A stretch of DNA of 64,000 nt. Source: Octopus sinensis. Taxonomy: Eukaryota. Both the position numbers and the translations under genes were made by a program. Positions 42,397 through 54,571 of this stretch are shown here, in pieces. Under the pieces are notes generated by a model that had not been told where the DNA came from, made no database searches, and saw nothing but the letters and a program-made list of their open reading frames with translations. The DNA lies in the NCBI RefSeq assembly GCF_006345805.1, contig NC_043014.1, forward strand, positions 36,518,001 to 36,582,000, given 5' to 3'. Each line of letters begins with the position of its first letter. The stretch's first letter is position 1.

Positions 42397-43087
42397 TATA
42401 TATATTTATATACATATATATACATATATGTATATAAGAGAAGAAAATGGATATAATAACAATGGGAAACTCGTGGATTCCGCTGGCATGTCTTTAATCA
42501 AATAGGTAACAAAGAAGTAAGAAGCAGAGATGAGGGTGGCATTTACGATCGTTTCGATTTACTGGAGTAAGTAAATCTCTCCAGAATGGGAGTATTGATA
42601 GATGCATCGGTTAGGATGCGAAAATGATTGATACATATGTAATAGTAATATAAACAAATTTGGTAATTCTTACATTGAAATTTTGTTCTTGCACTGGTAA
42701 ATTCGCTGGGTAGAGGTTTGCTTGTGGTAGATTTGTTAGTTTCGTTGGTTAATTAGGGCGGGGTGAGTATTATTTACTACCTCGTTTAATTAAGCACATT
42801 TTTCTCACGTCTTCCTCTAGTATTTCAGATTTTGACACCGGCAGTGTAGGTGAAGGGGAGTAACTCTAGCAGGGTGAAAAGGGACCTCTAATATAGGAAA
42901 AACTGATTCTAGTTGGAAAAAGATAGATACAATGTACTTACCTATAGGTGAAAATATGTACGTGTATGTACACATATATATTGCACGCGCACAAACAAAC
43001 AAACACACACACATTCATATAATATGTTTTCAATATTCAAAATCAATGAGCAGTAACTGGAGAAAGCACTCAATATATGGTATTGAA
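41823..43087 (-). repeat. Inverted segmental duplication, right arm 2 (inside gene C's last coding intron)
   Basis: Reverse complement of 26659-28062. Confidence 0.9.
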
Positions 43088-43089
43088 TG

Positions 43090-43142
<53 letters not shown>

Positions 43143-43857
43143 ATATATACTCTTTACTCTTTTACTCTTTTCCTTGTTTCAGTCATTTGACTGCGGCCAT
43201 GCTGTAGCACTGCCTTTAGTCGAGCAAATCGACCCCGGGACTTATTCTTTTAAGCCCAGTACTTATTCAATCGGTTACTTTTGCCGAACCGCTAAGTGAC
43301 GGGGACGTGAACACACCAGCATCGGTTGTCAAGCAATGCTAGAGGGACAAACACAGACAAACATACACACACACACATATACATATATACATATATACGA
43401 CAGGCTTCTTTCGGTTTCCGTCTACCAAATCCACTCACAAGGCTTTGGTCGGCCCGAGGCTATAGCAGAAGACACTTACCCAAGATGCCACGCAGTGGGA
43501 CTGAACCCGGAACCATGTGGTTGGTTAGCAAGCTACTTACCACAGAGCCCCCCCCCCCTATACAACATATATATATGTGTGCGCGTGTGTGTGTGTGGTA
43601 TGTGTGTGAGAGAGAGAGCGAGTATATATGTGTATATGTATATATGTGAATATATTTCAGTGTTTGTCCACGACCATCACTGGAGAACCAGTGTTGGTTT
43701 GTTTACGCACCCACAACATATCACTTCGGACATGGTGACTGATATAATAAGTACTGGTGTCAATTTGTTCGACGAAAACCCTATTAGAGAAAGGCTTAGC
43801 ATGGCCACAGTTCAATAACTGAAAAAAAAAGCAAATGTCAAAAGATAAAAAATATAC

Positions 43858-43896
43858 CTGCATTAGCTGTTTCCCAGAGTTGTCTCTGCTCGCTTA
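43858..43896 (-). CDS. Gene C, linker micro-exon (V)SEQRQLWETANA
   Basis: ttaatttttatttccag|TA...GCA G|gtatat. 39 nt, phase 1-1. Flanks are homologous to those of 9741-9773. Confidence 0.72.
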
Positions 43897-44013
43897 CTGG
43901 AAATAAAAATTAAAAACAAAATATGTAGAAACATGATATTTAATGTTTTATCTTAGATTCCAATGGAAAGCGAAATCAAAGCAAAATGTGTGCGTATGTA
44001 TATATGCGCGCGC

Positions 44014-44062
<49 letters not shown>

Positions 44063-44239
44063 CAGATCTACTATCGAGAAGTATTATAAAAATTCGAACT
44101 TGAGCTGAAATTCAATCGATAATTTCTGTTGTGCTCTTTTATATACATCTTTGATACTTGCATTGAAAGAAATTTTCTTAGTAGAATCTTATTAGTGATG
44201 CAAACAACCCTGTAGTCGTCAAAATTGATAATCCTTTCT

Positions 44240-44370
44240 TCATTGCCAGGAACTAGCCAATGGATCCAAGAACTCTCTTTCTCTACCACAACCACAATGC
44301 ACAGAAACAGTGAGAGTGATGAATGAGAACAGTAATAGCAGGAACCAAACAAATAAGAAATCACTCTTCA
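44240..44370 (-). CDS. Candidate alternative transmembrane terminal exon of gene C: (V)KSDFLFVWFLLLFSFITLTVSVHCGCGREREFLDPLASSWQ*
   Basis: Acceptor ttcccttaatattacag, in phase with the domain-2 donor. 19-aa hydrophobic run followed by CGCGRER. No intact counterpart was seen in gene A, so it may be chance. Confidence 0.33.
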
Positions 44371-44643
44371 CTGTAATATTAAGGGAACTAAATATTGGCC
44401 AATGCAGACGTTTTCAAACAAATATAGAAAAATGAAACCCTGCAATAAAAACAATTAAAAAGACCTCAAAAAGTCGAAAAGCACACTACCCATGAACAGA
44501 AGACGGTCTTCTCTGGCGTGCCAATCTCCTTTGGAAGAAGTTATGTACCGCAAAGAAAACGTGACGAGTGTGAAAAACCACTCGCTTCATGTGAGAGACG
44601 AAAGACTGTGTATATGTATATATGTATATATACATATATATGC

Positions 44644-44725
<82 letters not shown>

Positions 44726-44789
44726 ATTATATGTATATGTATATATGTATATATGTATATTATATATACATGTACGGCTGCGAGCTGGC

Positions 44790-44990
44790 AGAAATATTAG
44801 CATGCCGGGCGAAATGCTAAGCGGTATTTCGTCTGTCTTTGTGTTCTGAGTTCATATTCCGCCGAGGTCGACTTTGCATTTCAGTCTTTCGGGGTCGGTA
44901 AATTAAGTACCAGTTGCGTACTGGGATCGATCTAATAGACTGGCCCCCTCCCCTAAAATTTCGGCCCTTGTGCCTAGAGAAGAAAAGATT
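44790..44990 (+). mobile_element. SINE with a Nin-like core (relatives about 10950-11150, 11400-11600, 36480-36690, 39530-39700)
   Basis: GGTCGACTTTGC.TTTCA..CTTTCGGGGTCG.TAAATTAAGTACCAG core. Confidence 0.7.
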
Positions 44991-45231
44991 ATATTGAAAT
45001 ACGAAGTTACCAAACAATAAATAGTGTGTGTGAATTTAATATATATACATGCGTGTGTGAATCTATTATATACACGTGTGTGTGTGAGTTCTCTTCTGTT
45101 TTTACTTATTTAAATTCTTACAGATTTTTATATTCATAATGTGCAAGATAATTGGGTTTTTTTTTCTGAAAACCCTAACTTATCCAGTTTGTCAATTAGG
45201 TATTAACTCACAAAATCAAGTGCACCAATTA

Positions 45232-47339
45232 CACTGATCAACAGCCAATTTTCATCAGGGATATTATATGGTGTTTTATGTGTAGTTTTGTCCTCAGATT
45301 TCAAAAATGTAATCGGTTTCCTTCTATTAGGCACAGTTTTTCTGATGAGATAAGAGAGGTATATAACTCCCATCAGCAGTATCGCTATACATAAACGTCT
45401 TATACAGGTAAATTCTATGTCAAGGCATTGCAAGAACAGTCCTGATCTATTTTGTCATGTCTGTGGTTCTTTTACCACCAAAGCTCAGCAACGTACCATC
45501 ACAAGTGAAAACAAGAAGATCCACCAGTTATATTTTGGCTGCTCTCTCGGGGATCAAGATAAGAGTTGGGTCCCACACATCATCTGCTCAGCTTGTTCAA
45601 ATGGACTAAGGGATTGGCTAAATAAGAGGAAGAGAGCAATGCCGTTTGCAATACTTATGATATGGAGAGAGCCAAAGGATCATTTCATGGACTGTTATTT
45701 CTACAACGTTAATAATGTATGTGGGTTTGCTGTAAAGACTAAGCATAAGATTGTGTATCCCAACTTGGAATCAGCAAGAGGACTAGTATCACACAACGAT
45801 GATGATCTTCTTATTCCAATACCACCTGAAAATATCCTTCAGATGTCTGATGACGATGTATTTCCTGAAGAAAATACTACTGCTGTGGAAGAGACCGAAG
45901 TGGATGCAGATTTCACGATTGAAAATGAAGACGTACCACAGAAATTTTCTCAAGGAGAGTTAAATGATTTAGTTAGAGACTTGTCATTGTGGAAGGATAA
46001 AGTTGAACTCGCCTACAAGAAAAGTGTCTACTTAAGAAAGATGTTTGTATTACTCATTTCAGGAAGGGAAATAAGGATCTGACTTCATGCTTCTCTGTTG
46101 ATGGACCACTTTGTTTCAGTAATAACACTGATGAGTTATTTCGCTGTTTGTTCCAAGAGCATGTTCCAGCTGAATGGCGCTTATCTATTGATTGATCTAA
46201 GAGAAACCTCAAGGCAGTACTACTACTCACGGCAATAAGAAGCCATCCATTCACATAGGACATTCAGTGCACATGAAGGAGTTATGAAAACATGCAAGTA
46301 CTCTTCAATGCCATAAAGTATACAAACTACGGCTGGAAAATATGTGGAGACTTGAAGGTGATTGGAATATTGTTGCTTTTCATGCCTATGGGACAGTCGT
46401 GTAAGTAACAAGCACTATGTGCAATCAGAGTGGCCTTTGCTAAAATCATATGAGCCAGGAGTTTCTAACGTCCAGAGTAAGCCACTTTTAAACCTAGAAA
46501 ATGTTCTTCTTTCCCCTCTTCACATAAAGTTTGGCCTTATGAAACAATTCGTGAAGACACTCTCCAGGAAAAGCTCAAAAGGTTTTGAATATGTGAAGGC
46601 CAAATTTCCAAAGATCACCAAGGCAAAACTGAAGGAGGGCGTATTCCTCGGTCCCCATATAAAAGAACACCTGAAGGACAACCACTTCCTTACAGCACTG
46701 GATGAGATTGAGCTTAAAGCTTGGGAATCCTTCAAATAGCTCTGTGAAAATTACCTAGGCAACAAGGGATCTCTAGAGTTTAGAAATGGAGTGAAATGTC
46801 TTCTAGACTCCTACGCTGCAATGGGCTGTTGGATGTCACTAAAAGTCCATTTCCTTGATTCACATCTGGTCTTTTTTTGCAGAGAACCTTGGAGCAGTGT
46901 CTGATGAGCAAGGGGAACGCTTTCATCAAGATATTGCATCGATGAACGACGATATCAAGGATTTTGTAATGCAGGAATGTTAGCTGACTACTGTTGGATG
47001 TTACTCAAGGATGAACCTGAGACAAAACACCATAGAAAGTCCAAATCCCAAAGATTTTAAGTTGTTATGCATTTAAGTGTATTCTAACTTATTTGTACAC
47101 AATAATTTTAATTTTGTACAATAAAAAGCCATGAAATTATCGTATCTTGTATTCAATATACTTTATATAGACATGCTTTACGTATCCTATAAGTTAAATC
47201 AGCAGGTATCATTAACATGAAAATGTGACCTGATAGAGGAAATCGGACTTCACATTTGTAATCAGCATAAAAAAATTAACCCAGAAAAGTTAATCAGCAA
47301 CTCTGATGATTAAAAGGAGTTTCATTTTGTTGACCAGTG
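45232..47339 (+). mobile_element. Chapaev3-like (CMC) DNA transposon, full length, transposase disrupted
   Basis: TIR cactgatcaaca / tgttgaccagtg, with TSD TTA on both sides (45229-31, 47340-42). Transposase motifs CKNSPDLFCHVCG...DKSWVPHIICSAC, LHIKFGLMKQFVK, MSLKVHFL.SHL and SDEQGERFHQDI. Confidence 0.88.
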
Positions 47340-47439
47340 TTATTATTGGTAGAAATGCGAATCTTTATATGTAAGCTGGCTTTTTCGGAGCACTTATCCA
47401 TAGTTATCCCTATTCTCTTTCATTTTCAAAAAAGATATT

Positions 47440-47790
47440 CACATGAGCAGGTCAGCTGACCTCTTCTACGGTAAATACTTTTTGTTGTCTGTCCCAAACA
47501 ACAATATCTGGCCTGTTACTTTTACAATTGACAGATGTTTTGATGGGAATATTCCACCAGTATTCCTTGTGTTGATCATTGTCTATATAATCAATAAGAG
47601 TGAGATTCACTATGTTACAAGAGTCTTTTCTTTTTGAATGACCATTGTATATTATTTTTGCGACAATATCGTGTTTCATGAGGGTGAAGTAATGCTTTGA
47701 TAATATTTTTGGCAGTTGTTAACGACAGCTAATTACACACTATACTACGTCGGCCTGTATCCCTGAAAATATGGTTTGAAAAACCTGTTT
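47440..47790 (-). mobile_element. Restriction-like endonuclease (R2/R4-type) LINE fragment
   Basis: KHDIVAKIIY...NRPDIVVWD...EVS motif. Confidence 0.7.
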
Positions 47791-48372
47791 GTGTATTTTA
47801 GAATACAATATATAAATGCCCACATACATATGCAATACCTGAATCTTTCTAACAAAAGAACAGAAAACTATACAAAGCGTTCATTTACTCGGATATACAG
47901 GTTGGTCGCTAAAAAAATAAGAAAACTTGACGTTTATTCTTTACCTTAAATAGATCTTCTGTAAATATAAATCAGCATTTCACGAACTTTTCGCTTTTCT
48001 AACGACTACCCTGTACGCGTAAAACCATCCGCTTCCACACAATGACACATGTATGAACACATATAATAAAAATATAGATGAATACAAATGCATTGAGACG
48101 TAACAGTAATTAACATATACGTATCAGGAAACCTCTTCAAGGCATTTCGGGTTGCGAGAAAAAGCTGTGAAATCTCCATTGTTTCATATATGCTGTCTTA
48201 AAAGTAATTTTACTATGCCTTAGAAACAGTCGTGATTGTCACAGTTGAAATGTCTTTGAGTACAGGTCTGCCCCATCGGATCTATCATCAAAACTTGAGA
48301 TTAAATAGCAGCAAAAACAACAAGAAAAAATAAAAGTGTTAATGAAGGCAACACAAAAAAAAACTTGCTTAC

Positions 48373-48678
48373 CTGTTGATTTGATGAGTAGTTTAGTGAG
48401 TGTTTCGCCGTTCAGAAAACATGTGATGTTTGTGAAATCGATGTCCGTTTGTTTTACAGTATAATTATGAAATGACACTACTGGACTTAGACAGTCGCGA
48501 GTAGGTCTAGTTTCTATTTTCTGTATATGCATATGTGTACCACGATATCCTCTTTCAAACCATAAAATGTCATTGATACCCGTAGGTGCAGCGATATATG
48601 CTACACATCTGAAGACCAGCGTCTTGTTCACTTCAATAGGTAGGTTAAGCACGTCCAGACTTTTCAAGAAAGATCTCG
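48373..48678 (-). CDS. Gene C, Ig-like domain 2 exon
   Basis: Acceptor ggttacttttcag|CG and donor ACA G|gtaagc. 306 nt, open: RSFLKSLDVLNLPIEVNKTLVFRCVAYIAAPTGINDILW...RDCLSP...DIDFTNITCFLNG. About 40/103 aa identical to gene A by manual count. Confidence 0.85.
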
Positions 48679-48989
48679 CTGAAAAGTAACCGAATCAAAA
48701 TATGTAAATCTTAGAACAAGAGGCATCACAATAATATATTAGGTGGTTTCATTAATATAAACTACAAATGTTATATGATACTAAACTATTCATAATGCAG
48801 GACCATGCGAACTGCTGATGCTAACTGTTCAACTATCTAACTTTATTTACATACACAATCATATATATAGATACATATATATTCAGAAACACCCCTGTAT
48901 ACGCACATATACATATATAAACACACGCGCGCGTGCACGCCCACACACTTTCACATTTACTCGCTCAACATATGTAAGTGGTTCAGAAT

Positions 48990-49890
48990 TTTGTTTTGCA
49001 ATCATGAGCTTCATCTGCCCATCTTCTCTGCCCATTATTTCTGGAAGAGTCGATAGGAACTTGCCGCTTTTGATCCTCTCAGAAGTAACCGTCACTAGAT
49101 TCTCCAGTAGGATTCCGAACCGTGACCAACTGAGATTGTGTACATTATGCAACCTTCCCGTTCGTAGCCTACGCCAAGATTTCATGCTGTTTGGCTCGTC
49201 TCGAAGAATCGTAAGTGTCTTTTCTACGACAGTCTAATTACTCGACCATAGCACCGGATCTATGACCTCACACTGCGGGGGAAAAGCGGCTGGATATTGA
49301 GAAAGTCCCTTATCTATAAGCTATGCACCCTGTCGAGTAACGTGACTTCAGATACCTCTCGGAGAAACCGGATTTCTGCCTTTTTAAATCACGGTCGTAC
49401 TCTTTCCATTATGGTCACTGAATGGAGTCACTACAGAGTGCTGCGAGACAGTGATGAGAATAAATGTTACAAAAACTGAGCCATTTCTTCTGTCAAGAAA
49501 GTATTCCCAATGCACTCTGTGTTAGTGGAAAATCACTGAAACAAATGGAAAAGATTAAATTTCCTGAGTTTGTATTAACGAGTGGTGAAAGGTAGGAGGA
49601 TTGACTGGATGGAAACTCGCTACCTTCAATATGGTTTCCGTGCCTATTCTCACTATGATTATAATGAAATATTTACTTCTATATACCACATATTAGTTCT
49701 AGGTGTATTGGCCAAATGCTTTCTCCCGTAACATCGATTCGAAAGTGTAAACTCAGTTTAATTCCAAAATTTGAAAATGCTTTTCACTCCTGATCAGGCG
49801 TATCACATAGACCTAAATCAACATTGAATGTTATCATCAAAAGACGATATCGAATTTATCATCTCGTATTATTTCGGAACTACTACTTCA
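48990..49890 (-). mobile_element. Old Expander/REX3-like RTE relic in the gene C domain1-domain2 intron
   Basis: ERVRP..KKAEIRFLREVSEVTLLDRVHS..IRDFLNI.PL motif. Confidence 0.7.
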
Positions 49891-49989
49891 TCATAAAAGG
49901 ACTTGTTCTCTTCCAGAATAATCCACGGGGGCGTAAACACACCAGCATCGGTTGTCAAGCGATGTTGGGGGGACAAACACAGACAAACA

Positions 49990-50036
<47 letters not shown>

Positions 50037-50042
50037 ACACAC

Positions 50043-50117
<75 letters not shown>

Positions 50118-50538
50118 GACGGGCTTCTTTCTGTTTCCGTCTACAAAATCCACTCACAAGGCTTTGATCGGCCCGAGGTTATAGTAGAAAACACTTGCCC
50201 TAGGTGCCATGCTGTGGGACTGACCCGGAACAATGTGGTTGGTAAACAAGCTACTTACTACACAGCCACTCCTGCGCCTATCATTAATTTTAGTTAGTAT
50301 TTCTTTTCTTATTGCATCAACTATCTTTAAGTCTATCTCACCCTACAGAAAATTGCGCAAACCGTTTCTATACACAGTGCGTACAGTACGTCCATTACAA
50401 CAGAAAATACAAAACCAAAAGGAAATATTGTGCATATCAAAGGCTATAAATCTGTGTTTAATAGTGCAGTAGAATCACGCAACAGAAATAAAATTAATGA
50501 CAGCTGAGTGAAGAAAGGAAAGAACTGATAAAACTGAC

Positions 50539-50862
50539 CTTTTAAAGTCTTAGGTTTTGAAGATTCGGTAGCTGATCTAAATGTATAGGTTGTCGCATCC
50601 TTGCATGTGGGATTAAATTTCCAGCAGATAATCTGACCTCTATAACCCAGAATTGAAGTGCAGTCGAAACCATTCCGCTGGATTTCTTTTTGAAAGGAAT
50701 TGAGGCTCCGAGAAAACTGAAATTTCAGAACTGCATTCTCGTTGTTCTGCATGAGAACAATCTCATCAAAATATCTCAGGCTATACCGACATGCTATAAC
50801 TAATGCAGTATTGTATCCAAAATCAATGATATCAGAAGGTGATACATATTCAATCTCAAAAA
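50539..50862 (-). CDS. Gene C, Ig-like domain 1 exon
   Basis: Acceptor ttttttttaaacag|TT and donor AAA G|gtcagt. 324 nt, open: FEIEYVSPSDIIDFGYNTALVIACRYSLRYFDEIVLMQNNENAVLKFQFSRSLNSFQKEIQRNGFDCTSILGYRGQIICWKFNPTCKDATTYTFRSATESSKPKTLK. Confidence 0.85.
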
Positions 50863-50934
50863 CTGTTTAAAAAAAAAAAACATAAATCAGAGATAATTTT
50901 TATGAAAACAAATATAGAAATATATAAATAACAA

Positions 50935-51425
50935 CTGAGAAGAAGGAGGAGGTGGAAGAGAAGAAGAAGAAGAAGAAGAAGAAGAAGAAGAAGAAGAAGA
51001 AGAAGAAGAGAAGAAGAAGAAGAAGAAAAGAAGAAGAAGAAGAAGAAGAAGAGAAGAAGTACAAGAAGTACAAGAAGAAGAGGAGGAGGGGCGAGCAGAA
51101 CGAGGAGGCGGAGGGGAGTAGAACGAGGTGGGGGAGGGGAACAGAACGAGGAGGAGGAGGGGAGGAAGAGAAGGAGGAGGAAGAAGGAGCGGGAGGAGAG
51201 CAGGAGAAGGGGGAAATAGAAAGAAAGAAATAAAGTAAATTAACACTAAAGACGAGGAGGAAAAAGAAAACGGAGAGTAAGAGAAAAGAGAGAAACAATG
51301 GGAAGAAAACAAGAAGAAAGAAAGAAGGAAAGAAAGAAAGAAAGAAAGCGAGAAAGAAAGAAAGAAAGAAAGAAGGAAAGGAGGAGACATCGAAGAGCAA
51401 AGTCGAGGAGGAAAACGAAAAAAGT
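50935..51425. repeat. Purine-rich (GAA/GGA/GAAA)n low-complexity tract
   Basis: Direct reading. Confidence 0.95.
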
Positions 51426-52014
51426 AGAGTAAATGTGTGCATAGGTGTACATGCACATATTAACACACACACACACACACGTATACGTCACTTGGTTCCG
51501 GGTTCAGTCCCACTGCGTGGCACCTTGGGCAAGTGTCTTCTGCTATAGCCTCGGGCCGACCAAAGCCTTGTGAATGGATTTGGTAGACGGAAACTGAAAG
51601 AAGCCTGTCGTATATATGTACATATATATATATATGTGTGTGTATGTGTGTGTATATGTTTGTGTGTCTGTGTTTGTCCCTCTTGACAACCGATGCTGGT
51701 GTGTTTACGTCCCCGTTACTTAGCAGTTCGGCAAAAGAGACCGATAGAATAAGTACTGGGCTTACAAAGAATAAGTCCCGGGTTCGATTTGCTGAGAGAA
51801 GTAAAAGAGTAAAAAAAAGAGAGTATATGTGTGTGTATGTGTGTGCGTGTTTTTGTATATATATATATACACCTATATATGTGTGTGTGTGTGTTCATTT
51901 ATACGTATATATGCTTGTGTGTATATGAGTCTGTGCACGTATATAAACGTGTGTATATAGATGTGTGTATACATACATGCATACGGTATGCACATGTATA
52001 TACGCACATAAGTA

Positions 52015-52476
52015 TCGTAAATCCTCGAGTATTATCCGCATTTTCCCCCAAAATTTAAAGGTCGAAATCCCTAGTGCATATTATATACGAGGTTAAAAAT
52101 GAAAAATATTTTCTAAGCAATGTCCGAGTCTCTATTTGCTGTCCGACAATGTTTAAGACGCATTTTGTGATGTCGGGCGTGAGAATACATTAAGCTAAGC
52201 CTGAAAGCAATGAAGTCATTAAAAAATCATCCATAACTTGCAGTAAGCAACATTTATTAAAATAAAAGTATTCAGAACACAGAATAACATGTAACAAAAA
52301 CAATTTGCAAACATATTTACATTTCCATATAACAGTTAAGAACACCACCATTTTTGTATTACGCATGCGCAGAAGTGTTTGTTCGTCCAGGTGCTGCTGG
52401 CTTAATTACGCACGACTCAAGTTAGAGAAGGAGTGCGTAATATACTCAAGGGCGGACTATACTCGAGGATTTACGG
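52015..52476. mobile_element. Tc1/pogo-like MITE
   Basis: TA|tcgtaaatcctcgagtat ... atactcgaggatttacgg|TA. Confidence 0.8.
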
Positions 52477-52579
52477 TATATATAATGGTGTGTGCATTTG
52501 TATTTACGGTAGGTTTATAGTTAGAGCAGGTGAGGAGTTGAGCTCTAGTGGATGAATACCGTTTCTTCATTATGTGTTT

Positions 52580-53545
<966 letters not shown>

Positions 53546-53896
53546 GTACCTCTACACGTCACACCACCCCTTCCTATAACCCCTCCAACCATGGGACCGA
53601 TTTTCAGTCCACCACACGGTCGATTTCATGTTCAACATGCGGCAGTTTCCAACTAATTGTTGTCGATGAAATACCAACGTCAAACTGTTACATTGCGTGA
53701 CCGTTCTCGATCAATCGAAGCCCACCTTCCGGTAATAACAATTGACTTTCTCCAACTTTCTCTCACTCTTTCTTCTGTTGGCTTGCTCACATTAGCCAGC
53801 GGGGTGGCGTCATTTGAAGGCTAAACAATGCGAACGCATTGTGACTAGCGATGTGTAGCAACACATCTGATACCTGGTCGGTCACGGTGATCATGT

Positions 53897-53931
<35 letters not shown>

Positions 53932-54444
53932 TTTTCGTTAAGTATTAGAAATAGCTTTAAAAAAGTTTTTTAGCTGCTATTTCTAATGAGTTCAGTATGC
54001 GGCAAAGTACTTTATTTTACTAAGCCCTTTTATATAATATATATATATTATATATAGACAGAGAGAGAGAGAGAGAGAGAGAGATTATTTATATTATTAT
54101 TTGATTGAACGTGTTCATTTACAAGTAAGTTTATGTATCTACATATCTATTTATCTATCTATCTATCTATCTCTCCCCCTCTCTCTCTCTTTCTCTCTCT
54201 CTATTTTTATATGTATGTATGTATATTATTTATATTATTTACAATTGACGGATATTTGTCCTCATCTTGTTTGTTGTTAACACAAGTTTCGGCTGATATA
54301 CCCTCTAGCCTTCATCAGGTTACTCTCTGGAATCGAACTCAGAATCTTGGAGTTAGTGGCCGCGGTCTTAACCCCAAAATTCCGAGTTCGACTCCAGGCA
54401 GTGACCTGAATAATAATAATAATAAAATAATAATAATAATAATA

Positions 54445-54483
<39 letters not shown>

Positions 54484-54516
54484 ATGATGATGATAATAAT
54501 AATAATGATAATAATA

Positions 54517-54570
<54 letters not shown>

Positions 54571-54571
<1 letters not shown>

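Noticed and set aside
47857-47908. Possible extra minus-strand exon of gene C after ttttttttag
   Set aside because: An in-frame stop follows after about 13 codons and there is no counterpart in gene A.
52219-52314. Signal-peptide-like minus-strand ORF MFANCFCYMLFCVLNTFILINVAYC upstream of gene C
   Set aside because: It lies inside a MITE (52015-52476) and has no phase-1 donor.
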